Positions 49,123 to 62,876 of a stretch of 64,000 bases of DNA are shown here, in pieces. The notes under the pieces are model-generated. The model saw only the letters and a list, made by a program, of their open reading frames with translations. It searched no databases and was not told where the DNA came from. This stretch comes from Malacoraja senta (taxonomy: Eukaryota), in NCBI GenBank assembly GCA_038087875.1, contig CM076000.1:248001-312000 (forward strand), given 5' to 3'. Positions within the stretch are counted from its first letter, which is position 1. Every line of letters starts with the position of its first letter. Both the position numbers and the translations under genes were made by a program.

Positions 49123-50223
49123 AGGAATATGTAGTTAGTGCAGATAAATATTGCCGATCCCTTCCTTCAATGTTAACCTTACTGGATAGTGCAGCAGACA
49201 TGGAGAAAGAGCCTAATCCCACTTCTTGTCTCATGTTCTTATTTCCGCAAGAAAATCCAAGAAATCCATAGAATCTTCCCCAATATCTTTTAATTGACAA
49301 TTTTCTTTGCACAGAAAATGGGTTATACAATTCTATAGATTGAATTAGTTTTGTGAAGGACAAGAGATCAATAATTAAGAGATAGAGAATTGGTGCACAA
49401 AAGAAAAGGAGTGTTTAAAATAAAAATGTGCAAAGAGGACAAAGATAAATGTAAAAGGAAATATTAAACGACTATTATTAGATTGCTTGCACAGCATTTT
49501 GAGATGTTGCAATTGGTTAAGTCTAAATGATGTGCCATTAAAGTGTACAGTTGCCTTTACTTAACCCCAGCTTTTCTGTATCTGGGTATACTTTGAGCTA
49601 CATAATTAACTTTTGGGCAAGGTAGGGCAAAATAATGGTACCTATTCTACTGTTCCCTTTTAACCAGTTGTGGGAGATTTACAGATAACTGGTTAACTTT
49701 TACTTTTAAGAAAAGTGGCCTACAAATCACACAAAATGTAACCAAAATATTAAATTATCTCTTCAGATTCATTTTACAACCCAAGTATTTTAAGCATTTT
49801 CTGCTGTCTGCTATCTATCCCAATCTATTTTTAAAGAGATCAATGAACTTATGAACGTTCTAAGAAGAGAGAATCAGAAGCCAAAGCGATGTGAATCCTT
49901 ATCACCCACTCTAATGCAACAGTTAAAATGTTCACTGTTTATAATCCCTAGGTCAAGCAAATGGGCTAGTTTAGGAAAATAATTAGTTTCTCTTAGAAAA
50001 ATGAGTAAAACCCAAGGTCTTAAATCATGTTGCCTACAAGGTCTCGGATCATGCAGCTACAGAGCACAGTGATAGACGAGCTCATTTTCCTCTGGAGACA
50101 ACCCAGATTAGCTCCGAGCGTGATGTAATGAATTATCCTTTTTGGTATTGCAGAGGATAGATATTTTTAAGAATATAGCTGGCTGTTTCTAAATCAGGCA
50201 AACACACATTTAATGATTACTAG

Positions 50224-50423
50224 NNNNNNNNNNNNNNNNNNNNNNNNNNNNNNNNNNNNNNNNNNNNNNNNNNNNNNNNNNNNNNNNNNNNNNNNNNNNN
50301 NNNNNNNNNNNNNNNNNNNNNNNNNNNNNNNNNNNNNNNNNNNNNNNNNNNNNNNNNNNNNNNNNNNNNNNNNNNNNNNNNNNNNNNNNNNNNNNNNNNN
50401 NNNNNNNNNNNNNNNNNNNNNNN
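50224..50423. other. Assembly gap (200 N)
   Basis: Run of N. Confidence 1.
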
Positions 50424-51117
50424 TGCCAGTACCAGACTGAGAGACTGCTGGTAAGAATGCTCTCAATGGCACCCCTGTAAAAAGTGGTGAGGGCAGAAGG
50501 GGGGAGGTCGGCTCTCCTCATCCGTCGAAGGAAGTGGAGGCGTTGCTGTGTTTTCTTGACTTGGGAGATGGTGTTGGTGGACCATGTCTGATCATCTGTG
50601 ATGTGCACTCCCAGGAACTTGGTGCTTTTCACAGACTCCACTGCACTGCCATTTACGGTGAGTGGGGTATGTGCTGTCTGTTTCTTCCTGAAGTCCACAG
50701 TTATTTATTTTGTTTTATTGACATTGAGTTGAAGGTTATTGATGTCACACCAGTTGATGAGTTGTTGTTCCTCCTCTCTGTAGGCTGAGTCATCATCATG
50801 GCTGATGAGGCCCACCACTGTTGTGTCATCTGCGAACTTGATGATGTGGTTCGAATTGTGTTTGGCACAACAGTCATGTGTCATCAGCGTGAACAACAGA
50901 GGGCTCAGCACACATCCCTGTGGGACCCCGGTGTTCATGATGGTGGTCTCTGATGAGTTTTTGCCAACTCTTACTGTCTGTGGTCTGTCGGTGAGGAAGT
51001 CCAGTAACCAGTTGCATAGTGGGGTGCTGATGCCTATTTTGCCGAGTTTATTCACCAGGTGTTGGGGGATGACTGTGTTGCAGGCGGAGCTGAAATCGAT
51101 GAACAGCAACTGCACGT
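50424..51117 (-). mobile_element. Rex1/Babar RT fragment abutting the gap
   Basis: [52 protein letters not shown]. Confidence 0.88.
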
Positions 51118-51185
51118 AACTGTTATCGTTTTCCAGATGAGCCTGTAATTTTTTTCCCCTCTCACCTTAAACCTACATCCTCTAG

Positions 51186-51477
51186 ATACATAGATACATA
51201 GAAAATAGGTGCAGGAGTAGGCCATTCGGCCCTTCGAGCCTGCACCGCCATTCAATATGATCATGGCTGATCATCCAACTCAGTATCCCGTACCTGCCTT
51301 CTCTCCATACCCTCTGATCCCCTTAGCCACAAGGGCCACATCTAACTCCCTCTTAAATATAGCCAATGAACTGGCCTCAACTACCCTCTGTGGCAGAGAG
51401 TTCCAGAGATTCACCACTCTCTGTGTGAAAAAGTTTTCCTCATCTCGGTCTTAAAGGATTTCCCCCTTATCCTTAAG
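51186..51477 (-). mobile_element. Young CR1 3' end nested in an older CR1 remnant (~51120-52250)
   Basis: Same tail sequence as the 10470 and 60820 copies; flanks are degenerate CR1 RT (GAACCTTATCAAAGGCTTTGCTTAAGTCCAT). Confidence 0.8.
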
Positions 51478-53563
51478 TATAGATCCCTAGATTTCGCAAC
51501 CCTGGAAAAAAGGCTGTGTACATTCACAGTAATGTTTTAGCCTGCTCAACCTCTCCCTATAAATCCATGGGCACAAGCCCGGGAAACATCCTCATGTTCT
51601 GTACTGTTTCCAGATTAATGGCATTGTTCCAATAGTAAGGTAACACAACTGAACACAATGCTCCCAGTACAATCTCAGCAATGCCTTGTACAACTGTAAC
51701 ATAATATCCCAGCTTCTATACTGAATGCCCTTTGTGAAGGCCCAGCTTGCCAAAGCCTTCTTCACCACCCTGTCAACCTGTGATGCTACTTTATATAAGT
51801 ATATACCTGCTCTTTATTCCCTCTGTTCTGCAACACTCATAATTAAACTCCATTGGTTATTCCTCAGTCCACTTAGCCAGCTGATCAAGATCTGTTGCAA
51901 TTCGTGATGACTTTCTTCAATGATACCACCTATTTTAGTGTCAACTCAAACTTACTAACCATGAATTGTACGTTCTTATCCAGATCATTGGATAAGATGA
52001 CAAATGACAATGGGCCCAGTAGCAACTTCTGAGGCATAACATTAGTAATCGGTCTCCAGTCTAAAAAAACATCCCTTTCCCCATCACTCCTTGCTTCTTT
52101 CCACGACTCCTATATCCTTATGGATATAGAATGTGCACATTTTTCTATGGAACCTTATCAAAGGCTTTGCTTAAGTCCATATAGACTGTCTACTACTTGC
52201 CCTCATCAACCTTCTTGGTTACTTCCTCAAAAAACACAATAACATTTGTGAAACTCCCTTGTACAAAGTGGTCAATGTTATGAGATGCAGCTGGACAATA
52301 CTTCCCTTCCCCACCTGGCTCCCCACACCCCTCTCCTCCCCATCTCATCTGGTTCCACCCATCAACTATCAACACGTCTCAACCCTCCATCTTACTATAA
52401 TGCACTGACAATCTTCCCTCAACACTCTCAGACTTGATGCAGAGGCTCAACCCAAATGTCTGTCCCACCTTTGGCTCCACAGATGTGAATGCACTGAAGG
52501 GTTTTGACGTGCCAAAAATATAATTTGCACAATATGATTGCAAAGTAGGCTCCAAATAGTCAAAAACTGCGCTTTAAGAGGGCATTCTATCTCTCAGAAT
52601 CTTCTCCAGTAACATACCTACCACAGATGTCAGGCTTCCTGCCGTTCCCAATTCCCACGTTTTTCTTTGCAGCCCTTCTTAAACACACAATGCCAGTCTT
52701 CTAGGACCTCACCCACAGCTGAGATAATCATCATTAGATACTGTAATATGGACTACTCCCAAGACATCGCAAACAACTTCCCTGTGTTCCGTAGTCTTAA
52801 GAAATATAGACAGTTAGCCAAACTTTGAGGAAATTCTAAGGACTCAAGGGCTTGATTGAGCTCAAGAAGGCCCTGCACGATGGCTCCAGCTGCTTATGCA
52901 TTTCTTGTGGAGTTGAAGCATGAAGATCACATGCATTGTTTCTCTAGAAGGAGGAAATCTACTCTGCAAACCACGTTGGATTTACTCCTTCCACAGGGTG
53001 GCAGTGGCCGAGAAGGACCCTGGTGATAACTTTCTCTATGGAAGAGACACACTACTGTAGTTGCTGCAGTCAAATCCTTCCCGCATCCCTGAGGTCATCT
53101 GGCAGATCTTTTTCTTCGCAGATATGGAAGATGAGGTTCTGGAGGTCTGATTGAAATTCCACACTGGCACATTTTAGAACTTCCATGGGGGTACCATCTG
53201 CTCCATTGTCCTTGTTGGCTTTTACTTAGAACAAGGGATTTACATTTCTGGTTCCTCAGGTGTGGCTGGGAGGCTGAACTAATTAGATTGTTGTGGGATG
53301 GAATCAAGTGTGCACACATCAAGGACAGAGTCACAGTTGAGGAGATTAAAGAGTAACTTTTAATTAATATGTGAGACAAGCCTGAGACAATTAAACCCTG
53401 AAAGCAGAAAGATTCTCCAGAGTGCTTTCCATTGCAAGAAACCAAGGTAATGGTTTCGTCTTTCAGCACATTGAAAGGTCAAAATGTGCTGAAAGTGCTG
53501 AAAAACTGGAAAAATGAGTATAGCTGAGATGAGGGAGAGTTCTCAGTATAGGTTGCATAATTC

Positions 53564-53862
53564 AGCTTAGTTTAGTTTAGAGATACCACATGGAAACAAG
53601 TCCACGCTGATCATCGATCACCCATTCACACTAGTTCTATGTTATCCCACTTTCTCACTCCCTACACACTCGGAGAAATTTACAGAGGTCAATTAACCTA
53701 CAAACCCGCATGTTTTGGGGATGTGGGCTGAAACTGGATCACCTGGAGGAAACCCGTGAGGTCACAGGGAGAATGTACAGACTCTGTACACTAAGCATCC
53801 GAGGTCAGGATCGACTCCCGGTCTCTAGCGCTGTGAGGCAGTGGCCCTACCACTGTGTCGCC
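53564..53862 (-). mobile_element. V-SINE
   Basis: (TTTAG)n tail, reverse-complement V-core and head. Confidence 0.8.
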
Positions 53863-54914
53863 CTTTCAAAATTCTTATCCTTTGTTTACAAACTCTACCA
53901 CGCCCTCGCCACTGTATGCTGAGTTATTCTTTTGATCTTGAAATATACTGCCTTCTAGGTCATTTGGTAGTGACTCGTTTAGTTTATTATTGTCATGTGT
54001 ACTGAGGTACAGTGGAAAGCTTATTTGTTGCAGTGAAAAGACTGTACATGAATACAATCAAGCCATCCACAGTGTACAGATACAGGATAAAGGGGATAAT
54101 GTTTAGTGCAAGATAAAGTACATTAAAGTCAGATTAAATATAGTTCAATGGTCTCCAATGAGGTAGATGAGAGTTCAGGACTGTTGTCTAATTGATGAGA
54201 GGACGGTTCAATTGCCTGATGTACTTTTGATATTTTTGGGCAGGTCTTCGGCATTTAAAGAGAGCAAGATGAATGCTCAGAAAATGCAATCAGCGCAGAG
54301 GGTGATCATCCAGTCATTTTTCAGCTGCACCAAGTTTTATGCCCTGTAAAGGCAAAAACGTGCACATGCGCACACATTCTTTGGCTGTTTAATCCCATTT
54401 ATTTGTCAGCTTGTGTGCAGGCAATTTAAATAATTATTGTTTAGTTGTATCAACCAAGGAACTTATAATTCATTGTTGCTTTGTACAATCAAACTGGAAC
54501 TCCCTCCCAGACTGGATGAACAAGTTTCTTGTATAAAACCGGTAAGAAATAAGAAGGCTGGGAAATTTGGTCACTGGTCCCTGGGTGAATCTTGCCTCTG
54601 GAAATTCAACCTGACACCCTTATCACAATTTGTGCATGTTTTCGATACTGGATACGGCAGAGAATGGCATTATTTCCTGTAAAATACTACTTTAAATTAG
54701 TTCTGGAAGAAATTATTGCACATGAGATTCTAAGCATGTCTACCATTGGTGTGCCAACTAAAGTTTTTAGAGCACTGCTTGTTCTGCCAGGGGGATGATT
54801 TAAAGAGGATCAGAGCGGTCGGTCCCTTTTAATTTATCTACATAATGTTTCTCTTTGGGCTATCACCAATCTATCCCTCTCTACTTCATGACTCTTGCCT
54901 GCAATCCTAATGTT

Positions 54915-55280
54915 CATTAGTTCATAAGTGATAAGAGCAAAATTAGGCCATTTGACCTATCAAGTCCACTCTGCCATTCAATCATTGCCGATCTAACTTT
55001 CCATCTCAACCCCATTCTCCTGCCTTCTCCCCACAAACCCTGAAACCCATACTAATCTATCTATTTCTGCCTTAAAAATATCCACTGACTTGGCCTCCAC
55101 AGACTTCTGTGCTAATGAATTCCACAGATTCACCACCCTCTGACTAAAGAAATTCCTCCTCATCTCCTTCCTAAAGGAACGTCCTTTAATTCTGAGGCTA
55201 TGACCTCTGGCCCTAGACCCTCCCACTAGTGAAAACATCTACATCCACTCTATCAAGGCCTTTCACTATTTGGTAAGTTC
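54915..55280 (-). mobile_element. CR1 3' fragment
   Basis: RARGHSLRIKGRSFRKEMRRNFFSQRVVNLWNSL. Confidence 0.85.
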
Positions 55281-55864
55281 TCAGATATGGGGATAACATT
55301 TGCTACCAGTTGATCTCCTGAGCCCTGATCAATTGACCTGACACCAGCACCTTAACTCATTGACGGCCTGCAACCCATGACTCAACTCACCACTCATTGG
55401 CAAACCTATGAAGCTCCGACAGAGCCCCTCCACTCTATCAAGCCCTGGCTTCAGCTGCAACCAAGCCTTGCCAGATTTATTAGTGAGCATTCCATTGGCA
55501 CTGCTGATGATTTTCTCGCCCAATGTTTCTAGATTCTGCAGCACTTTACATGGAAAATTATAAACCAGTGTTCATCATCACAGCTTTGAGTGGTCATATC
55601 TGCACAATAAGTTCTGAGAAAATAAACCTTGCCATATAGTACAGGTTTTGGATGAACTACTGGAAGGTCATATGCAACTCTCTATGTTCAGGGAAAAATT
55701 GCTTGAAAGCAACAGTGCAACTTCTTTTAAGGCATTGATCTTCACTGCACTTTAGCATGAGGCGCTGAAGCCATGAGTGCTATTGATCTTATGGGAACCA
55801 AAATAGTGCATATTACTCCTGTTGTGTCTTCACCCAGTAACCTGTGAAATTGTAACAATATATC

Positions 55865-57033
55865 TAGGAACGTTACAAAATTTTGAGATTTTAAAAATCA
55901 AGCCTGTAATTTATCCCATCAGATAAAGCATAAAAAGAACTTTAATTTGATACCTAATTCACTTTCATATCTTCAGTATTAAAAAAAGTTATGGTAATTT
56001 TCATACTCGGAAATTAGCATCTTGTTCCCTATTGCTTTTCCATTAACAACACAAAAGCTGTGATCGAGGACAGTCAATTGACATAAAAGCCCATAACTTT
56101 CTTAAAAAATGAGAGAACTGAATGAAATTTTCAGTTATTATAGATTGAAGCATTCTGAAACAAAAATGATATCTTACTTGGATGGCCTGAAATTAAAGCA
56201 TATAATTAGTTAGTTACCTAATTGTAGATAATTACAAAATTGACCGTTGTGACAGAAATAGTAATAAACACCCAGACTGCCTTGAAAATTCAAAAATGTG
56301 ATATTCTCAAGATCAGAACTTTAATATTATTGTAACGTTAAAACAAATAGTAAATACCCAACAAAAAATTAATATTCATCAGTCATCAAATCAATTAAAT
56401 TCATCTAAATTCAATTACTAGATCGAAACATCTATCCCATTCTTAAGAAAAGGCTAAAAATATTTTTTTAAATAGCCAAATTTTTTAAATAGACAATAAC
56501 ACAAAATATAGATGAGTTAGATGTTCTTATGACATGATTGTGCAAAAAAACAACCAATTTGGTTATATTGAGAGTGGATTGTGATAGATCGGAATGTGGC
56601 CGCTGCCATGATTTAAGCCCCGCGATATCGGCAGGCACGACACGGCCGATATCGGGGCCTAAATAACATATTTTGAATCATCAGATTAAAATGAAACCAC
56701 ACCAAAAAGCAACGAAAGATGTTAAATAAACGATATAACTTTTGTTTTGTCCTGATGTGGAAGTCCTTGATGTTGATGGCATTAGAAGTCACGTTTAACT
56801 TCAATCCAGCGATGCAATCGACCAGCAACTTTTTTAAAAACGGAAACAGAAGCGCAGAACGAATTTTCTTTATGAACTTGTAGTCCGAGCCAATACCTCT
56901 CCGACCACCAATACAAACCTGAATTTTAATCCCACCCCCCCACCCACCACAGCCTCCGGAATCGTGCCCCCACCCCCAGCCTCCGGAATCGCACGCACAG
57001 GCACCGCTGATGGTAGGTTTTGTAACAACGCTA
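55865..57033. mobile_element. Unclassified non-autonomous DNA transposon
   Basis: Imperfect TIRs TAGGAACGTTACAAAA / TTTTGTAACAACGCTA, flanked by ATATATC at 55858-55864 and 57034-57040. Confidence 0.65.
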
Positions 57034-57871
57034 ATATATCTCTAAACTCCATAAAATATGCCATTTGGTTTCCATTGCTGCCTGTTACCTTTTACTATTC
57101 ATGCACATGAAAACCTTGATCCCTTTGTACACTGCTCATCTGCAATCTTCCTCCATGTTGATGAAAGTCTACCTTCACATTCCTCTTAACAAAGTGAACT
57201 CACACTTTCCCCATATTAAACTCAATTTGCTACGTTTTCACCCAGACAAATTTCTATATCCTGACCTCAAAAGGACACAAAGTGCTGGTGTAACTCAGCA
57301 GGTCAATCAGCATCTCAGGAGAACATGGATAGCTGATGTTTTGGTTCAAGACATATCTTCAGACCCTTCAGTCTAAAGAAGAGGCTTTGATATCTTAACT
57401 AATCATCTACATTACCTACCTGAAACGATATACAATTTCTAGAAATCATCGATTACTATTTCCCTTTTGGAAACACAAGAAGCTACAGGTGCTGGAATAT
57501 GGAATTTAAAAAAAAACAGGCTACTGGAGGAACTCAGCGTGTCAGGCAGCATCTTGGAGGCAGTGTTTCAGGTCGACACCTTGCATGTTAAAGAGAGAGG
57601 AAAAAACATTTTCAAAGGGGGCTTACCTTGAAGACTGCAGTGGAGTGGTAAAATGGAGACTCAAAAGGGGCTGCAGTTAGTCTAATTTAAAGCAAATTAC
57701 ATTTCTGCAAGTCCCTCTCTCACTGCCCCCCACCCCCCCCCAACCCCCCTATGGTTTCTACTGTTCTTCGACCATTTACATCTTCCTTCTACACTCAGTA
57801 CTGATGCAGGGTCTCAACTCAAAACATTGATCATCCCTCTGCCTCCACAGATACGGCCTGACCCGTTGAGT

Positions 57872-58710
57872 TCAAGTCAAGTCAAGTCACATTTATTTAT
57901 ATAGCACATTTAAAAAACAACTCTCGTTGGCCAAAGTGCTTTACATTTGTTATAAGAATAGTATAAACAAACAAACTACATACATATATACATATAGCCC
58001 TCGCTCAGAGGACGTCAAGAAAGGCTTGGGAGTATAGATAAGTTTTTAGTCTTGACTTAAAGGAGTCGATGGAGGGGGGATGGGAAGGGGGATGCTGTTC
58101 CACAGTCTAGGAGCTGCAACTGCAAAGGCGCGGTCGCCCCTGAGCTTATGCCTAGACCGCGGGATATTCAGCAACCCCAAGTCGGCCGATCTGAGGGACC
58201 TGGAGGTGGAGTGGTGGGTGAGAAGACTTTTAATGTAGGTGGGGGCAAGCCCATTGAGGGCTTTGTAGACATAGAGGAGGATCTTGAAATGTATACGGAA
58301 CCGCACAGGGAGCCAGTGGAGAGAGGCCAGCATCGGGGTGATGTGGTCCCTTTTTCGGGCACCCGTCAGGAGTCTCGCTGCGGCGTTTTGGACCAGTTGC
58401 AGGCGGGACAGGGAAGATTGGCTGATGCCAGTGTAAAGGGAGTTGCAGTAATCTAGGCAGGAGGAGATAAATGTATGGATGATCTTTTCAAAGTCATCAA
58501 AGTGGAGGAATTGTTTTATTTTAGCTATCGTCCGAAGCTGAAAGAAGCTAGCTTTAACCACGGCATTGACTTTTGTCAAATTTCAGTGCTGAGTCAAATA
58601 TCACGCCAAGGTTTTTGACGTGAGGTTTGAGTAGTGGGGTAAGGCTTCCAAGGCTGCCTGCTATCATTTTGATTTGAGTCCGAGGGGCCGAGAAGGATGA
58701 CCTCAGACTT
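57872..58710 (-). mobile_element. L2-clade LINE 3' fragment
   Basis: FFQLRTIAKIK...SCLDYCNSL...LQLVQNAAARLL...HITPMLASLHWLPV...AFAVAAPRLWNSIP; tail TGTAAAGCACTTTGG...AATAAA (TTGAC)n. Confidence 0.92.
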
Positions 58711-60819
58711 ACTCTCGTTCAACCAGTAGTTTGACTTTTGCCTTACAATTTCCATTGTATTGATTAGTATCAATTGCACCTTCCTTCCCACCCTCCTTCT
58801 TTACACTTGTTCATTTATTTCTTAGCTTCAAGGAGGAAATAAGATTGAAAAGACAAGCATTTGTTTACAATGACGTTTTTGTTCTCACACAGGTGTTGGT
58901 TGAGTCTATGTCTTTTTAATCCGGTAGTGTACTTGACTCCTGTAGATAGTAAAAGCAGACTTGTTATCTTGGTTTGATCTTAGATTCAACTGTTGAGTGC
59001 TCACAGCTGGTGTTACATTTGAGACTTAATTGCAGACAAAAGAAAACTACTCCAAATGGCAAACTAAAATAGGTGATTTTGATTTTAGGTTGGATGAATG
59101 AGTTGGTTGGATGCTGAAAGTCCTTGGGACATTCATGGCTTAGCCTCTTAAGTTTGGTAGGCAAAATGTAAGGGGTCAGGCAGGCATTGTTTCTCGTGGG
59201 ACTGAACTTTCAAGACTGTCTTATACAATGCAGTCATCTCATTGAAGTGTCAATACATGCAAAGTCTGTCATAGTTGTGGATTCAAAGACCATCATTGAT
59301 GTTTCAAATAAAAAGTGAACTCTCAAGGAACTGCAGATGTAGATTTACAAAAGCAAAACACAAGTGCTGGAGTAACTCAGCAGGTCAGGTGGCTTCTCTG
59401 GAGGACATGGATAGGCGACATTGCAGGTCGTGACCCTGCTTCAGACTGATTGCCATACCTTGAGGAGATTTTGCTGTGAAACAGTAAAATGTAGACATAA
59501 GGAACTGCAGATGCTAATTTGCAAAAAAAGATATCAAGTGCTGGTGTAATGCAATGGCTCAGGGAGGATCTCTGGAGGGTGGCTCCACTGGATGTTTCAG
59601 ATTAGGACCCTTCTTAGGTCATAAGGTCATGTGATAGGAGCAGAATTAGGCCATTCGGCCCATCAAGTCGACTCCACATGGCTGATCTATCTCTCCCCCC
59701 CTACCCCATTCTCCTGCCTTCTCCCCATAACCCCTGACACCTGACCAAATTCACTATCTGAAGACGGGTCCCAACCCGAAACAACACCAATTCATGTTCT
59801 CCAGAGACGCCACCCAATCCACTGAGTTACTCAAGCACTCTGTTTCTTTTAAATTAAACTGCAGCTGCTGAAAATCTGAAAATAAAACAGAAAGTGGTCT
59901 GGTTGGGCAATATGTGCATCGCGAGAAACAGAGATAATATTTCAAGTCAATCACCCTTCTGACAGGGATCTAACTGAAATGTTAACTCAGTTTTTCACTT
60001 TCTACGGATACTATCTGGTCCTTTCAGCATATTCTGTTTTTACTTCTGATCACTTCTGTAATTTTTGGAAAAATTGACCTTGTATCCTGTGGGGTTGATT
60101 CACTACTTCATGTCCATTAGAGCAAACGGTTTCATCTAATGAATTTTGAAATGAGGAGAAATTTCCTCAGTCGAAATCTCTACTCCAACAACAACATTTC
60201 TTACTTTAACTATACTCATGTTATTCCCGTCACCGTGTATTTGTACACTGTGGACGGCTTGATCGTAATCATGCATTGTCTTTCTGCTAACTGGTTAGTA
60301 CGCAACCAAAGCTTTTCACTATACCTCAGAACACATGACATTAAACAAAACAAAACTATTTTGCCCCACTACACTAATCCTATTTGCCAGCATTAGGTTG
60401 GTAGTCTTTCATGCCATATCTTTTCAGGTGCACATTTAAATATTTCTTAAACGTGGTTCTTGCATCTGATTTCATCACCTGCTCTGGCAGTAGGTAGTGA
60501 AGTCTAAAACCAGAAGGCAACTAGGTTAAAAGTGAGAGGGGAAAGGTTTAAGAGGGAGACGAGGGGCATTTTTTCCCGACAGATGATGGTGGGTATATGG
60601 AATGAGCTGCCAGAGGAAGTGGTAGAGGCAGGTATGATTGCAACATTTAAAAGACACTTCGATGTGCACAGGGATGAGAACAATTTAGAGGAATATACAG
60701 GACTATACATGCACCAACAATTGGGACAAGCTCAGTTAAGCAACGTAGTCAGCATTATGAGTTTGGCTGAAGAGCCTGTGCTACATAGCTCTATGATTCT
60801 ATGACTATACTGATATTAC

Positions 60820-62876
60820 ATAGAAACATAGAAAATAGGTGCAGGAGTAGGCCATTCGGTCCTTCGAGTCTGCACCGCCATTTGATATGATCATGGCTGA
60901 TCATCCAACTCAGTATCCCATCCCTGCCTTCTCTCCATACCCCCTGATCCCTTTAGCCACAAGGGCCACATCTAACTCCCTCTTAAATATAGCCAATGAA
61001 CTGGCCTCAACTACCTTTTGTGGCAGAGAATTCCACAGATTCACCACTCTCTGTGTAAAAAATGATTTCCTCATCTCGGTCCTAAAAGTCTTCCCTCTTA
61101 TCCTTAAACTGTGACCCCTAGTTCTGGACTTCCCCAACATCGGGAATAATCTTCCTGCATCTAGCCTGTCCAACCCCTTAGGAATTTTGTACGTTTCTAT
61201 AAGATCCCCCCTCAGTCTTCTGAATTCCAACGTGTACAAGCCGAGTCTATCCAGTCTTTCCTCATATGAAAGTCCTGCCATCCCAGGAATCAGTCTGGTA
61301 AACCTTCTCTGTACTCCCTCTATGGCAAGAATGTCTTTCCTCAGATTAGGAGACCAAAACTGTACGCAATACTCCAGGTGTGGTCTCACCAAGACCCTGT
61401 ACAACTGCAGTAGAACCTCCCTGCTCTTATACTCAAATCATTTTGCTATGAATGCTAACATACCATTTGCTTTCTTCACTGCCTGCTGCACCTGCATTCC
61501 TACTTTCAATGACTGGTGTACCATGACACCCAGGTCTCGTTGCATCTCCCCTTTTCCTAATCGGCCACCATTCAGATAATAGTCTACTTTCCTGTTTTTG
61601 CCACCAAAGTGGATAACCTCACATTTATCCACATTATACTGCATCTGCCATGCCTTTGCCCACTCACCCAACCTATCCAAGTCACCTTGCAGCCTCCTAG
61701 CATCCTCCTCAGCTAACATTGCCCCCCAGCTTCATGTCATCCGCAAACTTGGAGATGTTGCATTCAATTCCCTCATCCAGGTCATTAATATATATTATAA
61801 ATAGCTGGGGTCCCAGCACTGAGCCTTGCGGTACCCCACTAGTCACTGCCTGCCATTCTGAAAAGGACCCGTTTACTCCTACTCTTTGCTTCCTGTCTGC
61901 CAGCCAGTTCTCTATCTACATCAATACTGAACCCCCAATACCATGTGCTTTAAGTTTGTATGCTAATCTCTTATGTGGGACCTTGTGGAAAGCCTTCTGA
62001 AAGTCCAGATATAACACATCCACTGGTTCTCCCTTATCCACTCTACTAGTTACATCCTCGAAAAATTCTATAAGATTCGTCAGACATGATTTACCTTTCA
62101 TAAATCCATGCTGACTTTGTCCAATGAACTCACCACTTTCCAAATGTGCTGCTATCCCATCTTTAATAACCGACTCCAGAATTTTCCCCACCACCGATGT
62201 TAGACTAACTGGTCTGTAATTCCCCGTTTTCTCTCTCCCTCCCTTGTTAAAAAGTGGGGTTACATTAGCTACCCTCCAGTCCTCAGGAACTACTCCAGAA
62301 TCTAAAGAGTTTTGAAAAATTATCACTAATGCATCCACTATTTCTGCGGCTACTTCCTTAAGTACTCTGGGATGCAACTTATCCGGCCCTGGGGATTTAT
62401 CGGCCTTTAATGCATTCAATTTACCTAACACCACTTCCCGGCTAACCTGGATTTCACTCAGTTCCTCCATCTCATTTAACCCCCGGTCCCTTGCTATTTC
62501 CGGCAGATTATTTATGTCTTCCTTAGTGAAGACAGAACCAAAGTAATTATTCAATTGGTCTGCCATGTCCTTGTTCCCCATGATCAATTCACCTGTTTCT
62601 GACTGCAAGGGACCTACATTTGTTTTAACTAATCTTTTCCTCTTGACATATCTATAAAAACATTTGCAGTCAGTTTTTATGTTCCCTGTCAGTTTTCTTT
62701 CATAATCTATTTTCCCTTTCCTAATTAAGCCTTTTGTCCTCCTCTGCCAGACTCTGAATTTCTCCCTGTCCTCTGGTAGGCTGCTTTTTCTGGCTAATTT
62801 GTACGCTTCATCTTTTGTTTTGATACTATCCCTGATTTCCCTTGTTATCCACGGATGCACTACCTTCCCTGATTTA
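60820..62876 (-). mobile_element. 5'-truncated young CR1 LINE
   Basis: NYRPVSLTSVVGK, QHGFMKGKSCLTNLIEFFE, YLDFQKAF, RPHLEYCVQFWSP; CATAGAAACATAGAAA tail on +. Confidence 0.93.

Noticed and set aside
50194..50472. ORFs spanning poly-X
   Set aside because: Artefact of the 200-N assembly gap.
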